Assembly: GCA_016185545.1 (NCBI GenBank)
Contig: JACPNJ010000002.1
Coordinates: forward strand, 51,299 to 115,298
From: Candidatus Yanofskybacteria bacterium
GTDB taxonomy: Bacteria; Patescibacteriota; Minisyncoccia; 2-02-FULL-40-12; IGHO2-01-FULL-4-A
Length of the DNA stretch: 64,000 nt
Direction of reading: 5' to 3'
Positions 52,717 through 62,532 of the stretch are shown one piece after another. Position numbers and translations under genes: made by a program. The stretch's first letter is position 1. The number at the start of each line of letters is the position of its first letter. The notes under the pieces are model-generated. The model saw only the letters and a list, made by a program, of their open reading frames with translations, made no database searches and was not told the origin of the DNA.

Positions 52717-54203
52717 TTTAATCTGGGAAACAGTGGTTCAATTTTTGTAACCGCAAACTTTTTACCAGCTAATTTCTGGTCTTGCGATGACCAGATATTT
52801 GAACCAAAGGTTTTATAAATTTTGTCTGCGGTTTCGGGCAGGAATGGCTTGATAAACCAAGCGGCATTCAGAATAATGCCAAGCGTGGTGGTCAAAGTTT
52901 TTAATAAATGACTGGGGTCGTCATCTTTTGCCCAGGGCTTATGAAAATCAATAAAAGAGTTGGCATAGCCAAGCAAATCCCAAACCGCAGTCAACGCTTC
53001 GTGCAAACGAAACTCATCAATAGCTTTTTTATATTTTTCTGCCGTTTCTTCAATCTTTTGGCGCGATTCGCTGTCAAAAAATTTATCATCAAAATTTAAC
53101 TCGCCGTTAAGTTTTGTTTCAATCAGTTTTGCCACTCGGCTCACTAGATTGCCGAGGTTATTGGCGAGGTCGCCATTATATCTGTCCTCCAGTTTTTTAT
53201 ATGAAAAATCACCATCTTCGGTTGAAGGTATTTCACGCAAGAGATAATAGCGGACCGGATCAACGCCGTATTTTTTGACGGCTTCTTCAGGCGAAATAAC
53301 ATTGCCTAGCGATTTACTAATTTTTTCACCATCAATTGAAACATAACCATGGATATAGATTAACTTGGGCAATAGTAAACCAGCAGCAAGAAGCATAGCC
53401 GGCCAGTAGATCGCGTGAAAGCGCAAAATTCCCTTACCGATAGCATGGACATCTGCCGGCCACCACTTTTTAAAATTTTCCTCGTCTCGGCCATATCCAA
53501 TAGCGGTAATATAGTTGGCTAACGCGTCAAACCAAACATATTGCACCTGCGTCGGGTCGTCCGGCACGGGTATTCCCCAGCTTAGCTTTTCTATCGGACG
53601 TGAAACGCTGAAATCTTCCGCGTCTTCAAGTAAGTTTAGCACTTCATTGCCGCGGTTTTCAGGTACAATTTTAAGTTCACCCGACTCAACTAACTTTTTA
53701 ATTTCCTTCTTGTATTTTGTCAGTTTAAAAAAGTAGTTTTTTTCCTTGACTACTTCGGGTTTGCTATGATGTTCCGGGCACTCGCCATCAATCAGATCTT
53801 TTTTGTTCACGAATGCCTCACAGCCAACACAATACAGGCCCTCGTATTCTTTAAGGTAAATATCCCTGGAACAGGCGCGCCAAAGTTTTTGCGCTCCCGG
53901 CCAATGCCGTACCCTGTCGCTTGTCCTGATAAAATCATCATATGAAATATTGAGAACCTTTTTGAGCTTGGCAAATTCAGCAGAATTACGGTCAACATAT
54001 TCTTGGAAGCCGATTCCCTCCTCTTGGGCACTTCTATATACCTTAAGGCCGTGTTCATCCACGCCAGTCAAAAACCATACATCATTACCCAGAGCACGAT
54101 GATAACGAGCCAAAACATCCGCTTGCACAATCTCCAAGCCAAAACCAATGTGCGGCTTGCCATTCGGGTAAGGAATCGCGGTTGTAATATAATATTTACT
54201 AAT
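52713..54203 (-). CDS. metG: methionine--tRNA ligase (short form), apparent ATT start
   Basis: frame stays open upstream of 54137 and reads SKYYITTAIPYPNGKPHIGF; also YVWFDAL and KISKS. Confidence 0.93.
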   Translation of the reverse strand: MSKYYITTAIPYPNGKPHIGFGLEIVQADVLARYHRALGNDVWFLTGVDEHGLKVYRSAQEEGIGFQEYVDRNSAEFAKLKKVLNISYDDFIRTSDRVRHWPGAQKLWRACSRDIYLKEYEGLYCVGCEAFVNKKDLIDGECPEHHSKPEVVKEKNYFFKLTKYKKEIKKLVESGELKIVPENRGNEVLNLLEDAEDFSVSRPIEKLSWGIPVPDDPTQVQYVWFDALANYITAIGYGRDEENFKKWWPADVHAIGKGILRFHAIYWPAMLLAAGLLLPKLIYIHGYVSIDGEKISKSLGNVISPEEAVKKYGVDPVRYYLLREIPSTEDGDFSYKKLEDRYNGDLANNLGNLVSRVAKLIETKLNGELNFDDKFFDSESRQKIEETAEKYKKAIDEFRLHEALTAVWDLLGYANSFIDFHKPWAKDDDPSHLLKTLTTTLGIILNAAWFIKPFLPETADKIYKTFGSNIWSSQDQKLAGKKFAVTKIEPLFPRLK

Positions 54204-54239
54204 AATATAAAAGTAGCCCGCGGGCTACTTTTATATTAT
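54202..54239. repeat. perfect 38-bp palindrome overlapping the metG start
   Basis: ATAATATAAAAGTAGCCCG|CGGGCTACTTTTATATTAT. Confidence 0.9.
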
Positions 54240-54265
54240 ACAAAAAGTTAAGAAAAATCCATTTT

Positions 54266-55318
54266 TTACTCCACCACAACCGCCTTGCGGCTTTCTTTGT
54301 GTTTGGCAATATCATCGAGAATTTCCACAATGATTACTGCCACTGGCACGGCTAATATTATACCCAAAATTCCGGCAATTTTACCGCCAACAAGCAGGGC
54401 AATAATTACTGTCACCGGATTGAGACCAAGCGTTTTGCCGAGTATTAGCGGCGCGAAAATATGGCTTTCAATTTGCTGGACCGCAACATAGAAAACTACT
54501 ACCCACATACCCAAAGCTGGCGATTGAGTAAAAGCAAAAATAACTCCCGGGATAGCTGATATTACCGGCCCAACAACCGGAACAATTTCCAAAATCATAG
54601 CCAACACGCCAAGCAATAAGGCATATTTAACATGAAACAAGGAGAGACCCACGAAAACTATAAGTCCCACCGAAAGAGCCATCAAAAGCTGTCCCTGCAA
54701 CCAGCGTCCCACTTTATATTCCGCTCTCTTCCAAAGACTTATGACATAATCCTCGTATTTCTCCGGTAATATCGAGCCAATAAATCCGATTATACCGCGA
54801 CGCATTACCGAAAGATAAAAAGAAATGATGATAATAGCGACAAAAGATAGGACGCCGCCAAAAATATTAACCACTAAATTAATCGCCGATTGGGAATAAG
54901 CCTGCAAAAGTTGGGAAAAACTATCCAGTAAATTCTGGATTTCACTAAAAAAGTCAAAATAACGGCTTGAGGTAGTCTGCTGAGCCTTTTCAAGAGCTCC
55001 TGAAAGACTGGAAACAAATTTGGGTAGAGCTTGGGTTAGCTGGCCTATTTCAGATGCTAAAAATGGCACTACCAGCGAGAGCAGGAAAATCACCAGTCCG
55101 AAAAACGCCAGATATAAAAACAATACTCCCAAAAGGCGAGGAATTTTTTTCTCTTCAAGCCAGTTGGCGAAAGGTCCAACAGCGGAAGCGATAATTATCG
55201 CCAAAAACAAAATAACAATCACGTCCCTGACCAGATACAGAAAAACCAAACCCAGGAGGACAAATACCACCTTGAAAATTGCGGATGTATGGATGTCAAT
55301 GGTTTGATGCTCGTTCAA
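54266..55318 (-). CDS. AI-2E family (PerM-like) transporter
   Basis: multi-TM; WLQGQLL, PVVGP, QQIESH..P...G...GLNP; TTG start. Confidence 0.9.
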   Translation of the reverse strand: MNEHQTIDIHTSAIFKVVFVLLGLVFLYLVRDVIVILFLAIIIASAVGPFANWLEEKKIPRLLGVLFLYLAFFGLVIFLLSLVVPFLASEIGQLTQALPKFVSSLSGALEKAQQTTSSRYFDFFSEIQNLLDSFSQLLQAYSQSAINLVVNIFGGVLSFVAIIIISFYLSVMRRGIIGFIGSILPEKYEDYVISLWKRAEYKVGRWLQGQLLMALSVGLIVFVGLSLFHVKYALLLGVLAMILEIVPVVGPVISAIPGVIFAFTQSPALGMWVVVFYVAVQQIESHIFAPLILGKTLGLNPVTVIIALLVGGKIAGILGIILAVPVAVIIVEILDDIAKHKESRKAVVVE

Positions 55319-55395
55319 TCAGGTTACAGGTTACAGGTTACAGGTTACAGGTTTTTACTGGCACCTGAACCCTGACACCTGAAACCTAGTTTATA
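55319..55395 (-). repeat. intergenic heptamer-repeat hairpin (CAGGTTA x4)
   Basis: perfect units opposite degenerate ACCTG units; fills the stop-to-TTG gap. Confidence 0.92.
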
Positions 55396-56691
55396 CTACC
55401 ACGAATTCAAAATATTTTTAATCTCCGGCTGTTCGCCCTCCAGTGGCCCGATGATGGCAAGATTTAATTTTTCCGGTTTGAAAACATCGCGAGCGACCTC
55501 CAAAATATCCTCGCGCGTTACCGCTGTTATTTTTGCCAGCCGCTGCTCGGGTGTCTCAATTTTATGTTCCAATAACTCCTGCTCACCGTAGAAAGACGCC
55601 ATATCGTCCGACTGTTCAAGACCGATTACGAATGATCCCTGAATTTGATCTTTTACTCTTTTTAGTTCTTTTTCGCTTACCGGTTCTTTTGTCAGTTTTT
55701 TATGTTCAGCTAAAATCACTCTTAATCCTTCGAGTAAGTTAGCATTATTGAGGCCGGCATAAGTTACAAGGTTGCCGGTTTCATTGTAAGCAGTTACGCC
55801 GGTGCGAACCCTATAAGCCAAACCGAGTTTTTCTCTGACTTCCACAAAAAGCCGCGAGCTCATTCCTCCGCCGAGTATTATTGCTAATATTTCCAACGCT
55901 TCGTATTTAGGATGAAAGCGGCTATAAGAACGGAAGCCGATGTTTATATGGGTCTGGTCTGTCTTTTTGTATTCAACTATCAGCCGCGGTTCTTTTTGAT
56001 CTTCGCTTACTATCAGCGGCTCGGTTCGTTTGCCTTTGCGGATGTTATCAAAATATTTGTTAATTTTTTTCTTTATCTCATCAGTATTTATATTACCGGC
56101 AACGGCGATAACAGTATTATTATCAAAATAGTGAGTTTTAAAATAATCAAGCAGGTCTTGGTGGCGCATTTTGTCTATATTTCCCTTGGTACCACCGACA
56201 TCCCAGCCCAATGGCTGGTCACCATACATAAGAGTTTCAAAAATCTCGGCAACCCGTCGCGACGGATTATCCATGTACATATTGAGTTCCTCTTTTATCG
56301 GCCCTCGTTCCTTATCCATCTCTTTTCCGTCAAATTTTGAATTCAAGAAAATATCCGAAATAACATCCAGGGCGGTATCAATTTTATCAGCGGCGCATTT
56401 TACATAATAACCGGTATATTCTTTGGAGGTAAAAGCGTTATATTCGGCGCCTAAAGAATCTAATTCCTGCGAAATATCCAGAGTCCCCGGGCGTTTTGTC
56501 GTACCTTTGAACGTCATATGTTCAAGGAAATGAGAAATGCCGTTTACTTCTTTGGTCTCATAACGCGAGCCGGTTGCAACCATTACCAAAACCGTCACAC
56601 TCTTGGTATACTCCATCGGCACAGTTACCAATCTTAACCCATTGGGGTAGGTGTGGAGATTGAAATGGTTATGAGAACTTAGAGAAATCAT
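55396..56691 (-). CDS. M16-family zinc peptidase
   Basis: HFLEH (HxxEH), NAFTS, GGGMSSRLF; start placed at ATG 56691. Confidence 0.93.
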   Translation of the reverse strand: MISLSSHNHFNLHTYPNGLRLVTVPMEYTKSVTVLVMVATGSRYETKEVNGISHFLEHMTFKGTTKRPGTLDISQELDSLGAEYNAFTSKEYTGYYVKCAADKIDTALDVISDIFLNSKFDGKEMDKERGPIKEELNMYMDNPSRRVAEIFETLMYGDQPLGWDVGGTKGNIDKMRHQDLLDYFKTHYFDNNTVIAVAGNINTDEIKKKINKYFDNIRKGKRTEPLIVSEDQKEPRLIVEYKKTDQTHINIGFRSYSRFHPKYEALEILAIILGGGMSSRLFVEVREKLGLAYRVRTGVTAYNETGNLVTYAGLNNANLLEGLRVILAEHKKLTKEPVSEKELKRVKDQIQGSFVIGLEQSDDMASFYGEQELLEHKIETPEQRLAKITAVTREDILEVARDVFKPEKLNLAIIGPLEGEQPEIKNILNSW

Positions 56692-56720
56692 TGACCATAT
56701 TTTAGCATAGCCACAATGTT

Positions 56721-56748
56721 TTGACAAATAAATTCGGGATGTTATACT
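56721..56748 (+). promoter_or_regulatory. sigma70-type promoter
   Basis: TTGACA-16 nt-TATACT with extended TG. Confidence 0.6.
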
Positions 56749-56797
56749 AAAAAAAGTTGTGATATTTTGCCAATGAAATTTTTTGGAGGCATAAAAA

Positions 56798-57118
56798 ATG
56801 ATTGGAAATCAGCAACAACAGATCATTGACATTATTCAACGTGCCACAAGAAAACCACAAGGCCAAGAGTGTTGGCAATTAAGAAAATCTGGGGGATGTC
56901 TTGAATGTGGTGGGTTTGCCACCAAGACTGTCCTAGGATGTCATGATTACCATTGCCCACAGACCGATCATAGAAGCTGTGGGGAAACAAGTATTACTTG
57001 CCCCCACTGTGCCGGAACGGGTCTGGGCGTTGTGGCGCTTTTCCAATTACTTCACGATATAGGGCAAATTGTCGGCATTAAAGTTAATATTCCAACAAGA
57101 CAAGACCTTCGCGGATAG
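56798..57118 (+). CDS. small Cys-rich zinc-finger protein
   Basis: CLECGG and CPHCAGTG (DnaJ-like CxxCxGxG); GGAGG SD; hairpin plus T tract at 57142-57164. Confidence 0.6.
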   Translation: MIGNQQQQIIDIIQRATRKPQGQECWQLRKSGGCLECGGFATKTVLGCHDYHCPQTDHRSCGETSITCPHCAGTGLGVVALFQLLHDIGQIVGIKVNIPTRQDLRG

Positions 57119-57163
57119 ATAATAGATTTACGTATAACTGTGCCCATGTTAAAACTGGGCTTT

Positions 57164-58558
57164 TTAATTATTTAACTTTTCAGTTAAGTGGTCTGGTAGC
57201 TGGTCAACTTCTACTCTCTCCTGTTTCATTGTATCGCGGTCGCGGACGGTAACCTTACCATCCTTTGGGGAGTCAAAATCAAAAGTTACGCAAAATGGCG
57301 TGCCGATTTCGTCTTGGCGGCGATAGCGCTTACCGATAGATGCCGTCTCGTCGTATTGGCACATGAAATGTTTTTGCAAGTCACGGTAAATTTCATAAGC
57401 TGGCTTGGTCAGTTCCTCTTTACGCGATAATGGCAAAACCGCGATTTTTATCGGCGCAAGCATCTTCGGCAATCGCAGAACTACTTCTTTTCCATGCACC
57501 GCCTCTTCGTCGCCGCTTCTTGGTTCAACTTCGTCATAACTATTGATCAATACTGCCAGCATTAACCTTTCCAAACCAGTTGTCGGCTCCACTACATAAG
57601 GCAAAAATTCTTCGCCAGTTTCCGGATCTTTATATTTCAAATTCTGACCCGATAACTTTTCGTGGTTTTTTAAGTCAAAATCGGTCCTTGAAGCCAAACC
57701 GGTCAACTCGCCCCAACCGAAAGGAAACTCGTATTCCAAATCCACGGTACCTTTTGAGTAATGCGCCAGTTTTTCTTTAGGATGTTCATATCTTCTGACT
57801 TTATTTTTGACCAATCTCAAATCATCAATTAAAAATTTCTCAAGAAGTTTATCCCAGTTTTTATAATGCTCGTCTTCAGTGCCGGGTTTAACAAAATATT
57901 CCAGTTCGGCAATAGTAAATTCCTTGGTGCGAAAAATAAAGTTACCGGTGGTAATCTCGTTACGGAATGCTTTGCCGATCTGTGCTATGCCGAATGGCAA
58001 CCGCTTGCGCGTTGTTTCAAGAACCGTCTTAAAATCGGTAAACATTGTCTGGGCCAGTTCCCCTCGTAAATAAGCAACATGCTGCTGGTCCTCTACCGGA
58101 CCGATATAGGTTTTGAAAAGCAAATTAAAATTCTTAGGTTCTGTCCAGATGTCGCTACCCCGAGGTTGAACCTCTTTACTTAGAGGCTTACTTAGAGGCT
58201 CAGCCTCTAAGTGATTTTGGGCGTGTTCTTTTAGTTCATCCTCCTTATCGGAACGGAACCTCTCATGGCAAATTTTGCATTCTACCAATGGGTCGGTGAA
58301 ACTCTGCAAGTGACCTGACGCTTCCCAAACTTTAGGATTCATAATGACCGGGCCACGCAAGCCGACCATATCATCGCGTTCCTGAACAAATTTTCTCCAC
58401 CATAAGCTTGCGATATTATTGAACAGCTCATTGCCAAGATGTCCGAGATCCCAGCTATTGGCCAGCCCGCCGTATATCTCGCTTCCAGGAAAAACAAAAC
58501 CACGCCGCTTGCTTAGCGAAACGACTTTTTCCAGTAAATTTTCTTTTTCTTTAACCAT
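57164..58558 (-). CDS. glyQS: glycine--tRNA ligase (homodimeric type)
   Basis: KRRGF...EIYGG, WEASGH, GKAFRNEI, SIGKRYRRQDEIGTP. Confidence 0.97.
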   Translation of the reverse strand: MVKEKENLLEKVVSLSKRRGFVFPGSEIYGGLANSWDLGHLGNELFNNIASLWWRKFVQERDDMVGLRGPVIMNPKVWEASGHLQSFTDPLVECKICHERFRSDKEDELKEHAQNHLEAEPLSKPLSKEVQPRGSDIWTEPKNFNLLFKTYIGPVEDQQHVAYLRGELAQTMFTDFKTVLETTRKRLPFGIAQIGKAFRNEITTGNFIFRTKEFTIAELEYFVKPGTEDEHYKNWDKLLEKFLIDDLRLVKNKVRRYEHPKEKLAHYSKGTVDLEYEFPFGWGELTGLASRTDFDLKNHEKLSGQNLKYKDPETGEEFLPYVVEPTTGLERLMLAVLINSYDEVEPRSGDEEAVHGKEVVLRLPKMLAPIKIAVLPLSRKEELTKPAYEIYRDLQKHFMCQYDETASIGKRYRRQDEIGTPFCVTFDFDSPKDGKVTVRDRDTMKQERVEVDQLPDHLTEKLNN

Positions 58559-58560
58559 AA

Positions 58561-60399
58561 CTATTGCTGTATTGTTCCGCTTTCGTTGCTATCGCTCACA
58601 TTATTCGTGTCTATATCCGGTAGCGTACGTAAAATTTTCTCTTTGGTAAAGGTGTCCACGCCTTCAAATTTTATGTTTTTCAAAAGGGGCGCCGATTGGC
58701 CGACTTGATTAACCGAGGGAGTAAACGATATCTGGAAATATGATTCGTACTTAGAAAAATTGACACCGATGCCAGCCGGCAGAGTGCCTAAATCCCAGCT
58801 AACCATATTAAGCCGGCTATCATAAGTCGGTTCAATGCCCGTACCATTTGACCTCTTTCGATTTTCCCAGCTGACTCCTGGTGCCAAAGTCGCCATAACC
58901 TTGGCCTTTGACAAATCATTTGAAGGATTAACCAATCCCCAGCTAACAGTAAATGCGCTTTTCCGATTAACCTTTGGCGGGAATTGCCCGCTTGAACCAA
59001 AAACGGAATCATTTACTAAAAGTTTTTGATCAAAGGTTGGCGCCGTTGATATGCGGGTTACCAATTCGCTGTTTGCGGTTAATTTATCAAGGTCAAGTTC
59101 GGACGGAACATTCGGCGTTTCCAAATGCGCGGTTATCTTAACAAAAGAGTCGCGCGCGCCAGTACCGCCGGAAAAACTGTCTTTGAGCCGAACTTCAAAC
59201 TCAACGGTTCCGGATTGATTTCTCGGCAAAAGATTAAGCATTGGCAGAGCAGAAGCATTCCAAAATATTGTATTCGAGCGACCGTCAAAAAATCCATCGG
59301 ATTTTACGGTGGCAAAATCATACATGCCACCTTCTAGACGCGCCGATAAACTCAAACCGGTTATATCAACGCCATTGTTATTTTGAAAACGAATTTTATA
59401 CCTTAATGTATCGCCAATATGAGCCACGTAATCGGACAAGCCATTGATCTTCAGGTCAAGAGATAAGAGAGGAGTTGAAATTACCGATGATGCTTCCGAT
59501 TTTTCAAAATCAAGATAAACATCACCGTCGGGCGTGGTTATTTTTTTCTGAAGAATCACCGAAATTGTCTTGGTCTCACGCTCATTTCCGTTAAGCACAC
59601 CCTCAATCGTAATTCTTGAACCGTCGCCCAGTTTGAGTTTAGCAACATCCCATAAATCTTGCCCGGAATTGCGCACACTGGGTTGTGGCGAAAATTTAAC
59701 TGACACAAAGCCGGCCGGATACTTTACCACAAAACGGAGATTTTCCAGGTCTTGATTAGATTGATTGCGGTAATCTATAAGATAGCTGGTGTTTTGGCCG
59801 CTTATTACGGTAGGGGTAGCAACCAACGTAATCGGTACGGCAAGCGAAGTGATAGTGGCCGCAAGGGCCGCTTCTTTTTGAAAAACAGAACTAAGATTGC
59901 CGGCTTTATATGTAAGGGCGGCTTTGAGAGTTTTAATATTCCCCCTGTCGCCCACAAGATAAACAGTTAATTCTTTTTCACCCATTTCGTTACTGCCAAT
60001 TGTTCCAATATCAAAATTTTCGGTTGTTAAATCGGAAATATTACCGTCTTTCGCAACAATTGAATCAATCGGGTATAATATGTTCAATTTAACATCCGAT
60101 AATGAAACGGCATTGCTGTTTTTATATGTCAATTTGTAAGTTACCAGCTCGCCACCGGTTATCTCGCTTGGGCCTTCAATTTTCAACTCAACATCATTCT
60201 CACGAAACGACCCGCGCCCCAGAAAAAACGAAACCAATGCCACTACCAAAATCAACGCCAGGCCCCAGATGACATATTTGATGCCTATTTTCTTAATCAA
60301 ATCCAAAACCGACCGTTTCGGCGATGGTGTTGGCAGTTGCATCGGCGGCTGCGGCTCAACGATATTCGGATTTTGCAGGGGCTCTATTTGGAAATCCAT
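58561..60399 (-). CDS. membrane-anchored Ig-like repeat protein (DUF11-like)
   Basis: TM followed by repeated G..VTY.L.Y.N beta-sandwich units. Confidence 0.7.
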   Translation of the reverse strand: MDFQIEPLQNPNIVEPQPPMQLPTPSPKRSVLDLIKKIGIKYVIWGLALILVVALVSFFLGRGSFRENDVELKIEGPSEITGGELVTYKLTYKNSNAVSLSDVKLNILYPIDSIVAKDGNISDLTTENFDIGTIGSNEMGEKELTVYLVGDRGNIKTLKAALTYKAGNLSSVFQKEAALAATITSLAVPITLVATPTVISGQNTSYLIDYRNQSNQDLENLRFVVKYPAGFVSVKFSPQPSVRNSGQDLWDVAKLKLGDGSRITIEGVLNGNERETKTISVILQKKITTPDGDVYLDFEKSEASSVISTPLLSLDLKINGLSDYVAHIGDTLRYKIRFQNNNGVDITGLSLSARLEGGMYDFATVKSDGFFDGRSNTIFWNASALPMLNLLPRNQSGTVEFEVRLKDSFSGGTGARDSFVKITAHLETPNVPSELDLDKLTANSELVTRISTAPTFDQKLLVNDSVFGSSGQFPPKVNRKSAFTVSWGLVNPSNDLSKAKVMATLAPGVSWENRKRSNGTGIEPTYDSRLNMVSWDLGTLPAGIGVNFSKYESYFQISFTPSVNQVGQSAPLLKNIKFEGVDTFTKEKILRTLPDIDTNNVSDSNESGTIQQ

Positions 60400-61163
60400 T
60401 ATTTAATAACTTCCCACCCATCCGGCACATCACAAGGTGTGGGAAAATCCCTAGCTTCTCCGGTTTGCGGATTCCTCGCCGGGGTAATCACTTGGATACA
60501 AACTTTATCTTCTTTTAAAGTTGGCTCAATGAATTTAAGAGTGGACAGGATTTGGTTATAAACCTCTACATATTTACCTTCAGGATTTTCTGGCAAATCG
60601 AGTTCTATACCAAATAATCTCTTATCTTTTTCGAATGTTGTAATCACATAAGAAGTTTTATTCCCTTTTGTATAAATGCGCTGTTGCGCTTCAGTGGTTC
60701 CAAAACGGCGTGTTACAATTTCCTCTTTCCAATCAAAGGGCAAACCGTGGCCACCTGTGCCAAGTATAATATAGTAGCTCTGGCCAATGGGATTTTGAAC
60801 TCTCACTGCTTCACCGATGCCTAAACTTTCGGTGTAAATCCCGACATATTCCCACGACTGCGGATATTTTACCTCAAACCCATATTCTTCATTCCAGTAG
60901 GTTTTCCAGCCCGCGGTAGCCAAAGAGTCGTCAATTCTTCTTTGCTTCAATTCTTCTTCCTGCTTTTTGCCCTCCGCGGCCAGTCTGGAGACTTCATTAA
61001 AATTCTTTTTGGCTAGATATGTGGCATAACCGTAAACAATACCTCCGATAATAAAAATCCCCAAAATAACTGCAATAAATTTAGGGGTGAAATTCCTCTT
61101 GATGAAAGAGTTTTCCGGCTGAACTGGTGATTGTTGATTTTGCATTAAATTAGGTTCTTCCAT
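60399..61163 (-). CDS. membrane-anchored PsbP-like protein
   Basis: TM, WKTYWNEEYGFEVKYP, QILSTLKF; C-terminal CIQVITPA...PCDVPDGW module. Confidence 0.65.
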   Translation of the reverse strand: MEEPNLMQNQQSPVQPENSFIKRNFTPKFIAVILGIFIIGGIVYGYATYLAKKNFNEVSRLAAEGKKQEEELKQRRIDDSLATAGWKTYWNEEYGFEVKYPQSWEYVGIYTESLGIGEAVRVQNPIGQSYYIILGTGGHGLPFDWKEEIVTRRFGTTEAQQRIYTKGNKTSYVITTFEKDKRLFGIELDLPENPEGKYVEVYNQILSTLKFIEPTLKEDKVCIQVITPARNPQTGEARDFPTPCDVPDGWEVIK

Positions 61164-61168
61164 TTTAT

Positions 61169-61705
61169 TTATTTTATCACTTGTCGAGCAAATTGTAACG
61201 AGCGAAATTGTGAATTAGCGAGATGCTCAATCGGCATGCTTGAGTCATAACCTAGAATTTTAAGCAATTCCTGACGTGAATCGGCTATTACAAGAGCCGT
61301 CCTTGTAGATTCAAGCGGCGTGTCATAATAATGAAGTTTGGAAATCAAAAAATTCCAAAGTTTGGAATCAGGTTCGCCTTCAAAAATCAATTTGTCAAAA
61401 CATTCAAGCAAAAAAAATGCCGCGGCCATGGCGGAAAGCGATGATTTGAGTCGCGGGAACGCCTCAAGACAATAGGCGCTGGTTATAATGGGGTGCGAGT
61501 TTTTGCTTTGCCCCGAGGCAAAGCTTTTCGGGGTGACCAGTGAAAAATCAACCAGATTCAATATATCCAAATGTCCCGCCTGTTTGGATGTCGGCAACAG
61601 TACGCTCTTGACCTGATAAACCTGCTTCCCCGCGTCTTTGGTATAACAAATCACCAGTTCATCATATTCCCGTATCGGAATTTTTTTGAGAACCACCGCT
61701 TGCAT
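61169..61705 (-). CDS. recO: DNA repair protein RecO (short)
   Basis: MQAVVLKK..IREYDELV..YTKDAGK OB-fold N-terminus; start placed at ATG 61705. Confidence 0.8.
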   Translation of the reverse strand: MQAVVLKKIPIREYDELVICYTKDAGKQVYQVKSVLLPTSKQAGHLDILNLVDFSLVTPKSFASGQSKNSHPIITSAYCLEAFPRLKSSLSAMAAAFFLLECFDKLIFEGEPDSKLWNFLISKLHYYDTPLESTRTALVIADSRQELLKILGYDSSMPIEHLANSQFRSLQFARQVIK

Positions 61706-61866
61706 TTTTTTGAGAGGGGCCTGACTAGCAATACCTCCTATCACCATTTGTCCGCCCAGCGAGCGGACTGCATTCCGTCAAAAGCGTGGATTTTGCTCGC
61801 AGTGATGAATATTATACTGCTCGCAAACCGTGCAATCCACTCTTTTGACGGTGCTATGAGGCATTA

Positions 61867-62361
61867 CTAGTCAGACCCCAGCAACTCTTTTGTAATTTTA
61901 CTAACTATTCCGCCATCTGCTCTACCTTTGAGTTTTGCCATAACCGCGCCGATTACTTTACCCATATCTTTGACTCCGGCGGCACCGACTTCGGCTATGG
62001 TTTTTTGCACTTCAGCGCGGACCTCGCTTTCACCAAGCTGTTCTGGCAGATAAGACAGCAAAATATCCATTTCCGATTTTTCTTTCTGCGCCAATTCATC
62101 CCGTCCGCCGGTTTTAAACTGCTCCATCGCCTCTTTGCGCTTCTTAACCTCTCCGGCAATTACTTCAATAACCTCTTCGTCCGTCAACTGGCTCTGCTTT
62201 TCCAACTGCACGACTTGCGATGTCGTACGGCTTAATTGAACACGTTTTGTCAACTCTTTATTCTTAACCGCCGTCATCACCATACCCAAAACCAACCGCT
62301 TGAGTTGGTCACCCGATTTCAACGACTCATTAAGGTCTTTTTGTAGTTTTTCTTTTAACAT
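61867..62361 (-). CDS. yqeY: GatB/YqeY domain protein
   Basis: EVKKRKEA, GGRDELAQKE, YLPEQL, DMGKVIG, GRADG. Confidence 0.92.
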   Translation of the reverse strand: MLKEKLQKDLNESLKSGDQLKRLVLGMVMTAVKNKELTKRVQLSRTTSQVVQLEKQSQLTDEEVIEVIAGEVKKRKEAMEQFKTGGRDELAQKEKSEMDILLSYLPEQLGESEVRAEVQKTIAEVGAAGVKDMGKVIGAVMAKLKGRADGGIVSKITKELLGSD

Positions 62362-62388
62362 TGACTCAGTTAGTAATTTTGTTAGGAT
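62361..62388 (+). promoter_or_regulatory. sigma70-type promoter for the tRNA-like RNA
   Basis: TTGACT-16 nt-TAGGAT with extended TG. Confidence 0.55.
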
Positions 62389-62399
62389 GATTCTGCCTT

Positions 62400-62466
62400 G
62401 GGGCTGGTCTGGGACGAGCCCAATCTTGACAGTTGGGTCTCGGGGGTTCGATTCCCCTCGGCTCCA
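62400..62466 (+). ncRNA. D-armless tRNA-like RNA with alanine identity elements
   Basis: GGGGCTG/CGGCTCC acceptor with G3.U70, A discriminator, GGGGG-TTCGATT-CCCCT T arm, CCCAAT-CTTGACA-GTTGGG arm, no D stem. Confidence 0.75.
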
Positions 62467-62497
62467 AGGCTGAAAGAAATATCAACAGGTATTATTA

Positions 62498-62526
62498 TTG
62501 ACTTTTGAAATAGGCCTTGCTACAAT
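62498..62526 (+). promoter_or_regulatory. near-consensus sigma70 promoter for the antisense sRNA
   Basis: TTGACT-17 nt-TACAAT with extended TG; predicted +1 near 62533. Confidence 0.75.
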
Positions 62527-62532
62527 TACATT

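Noticed and set aside
62400-62466. Standard tmRNA or standard tRNA-Ala
   Set aside because: Only 67 nt lie between the acceptor strands, with no tag ORF or pseudoknots, no D stem and no Ala anticodon; kept as a tRNA-like RNA instead.
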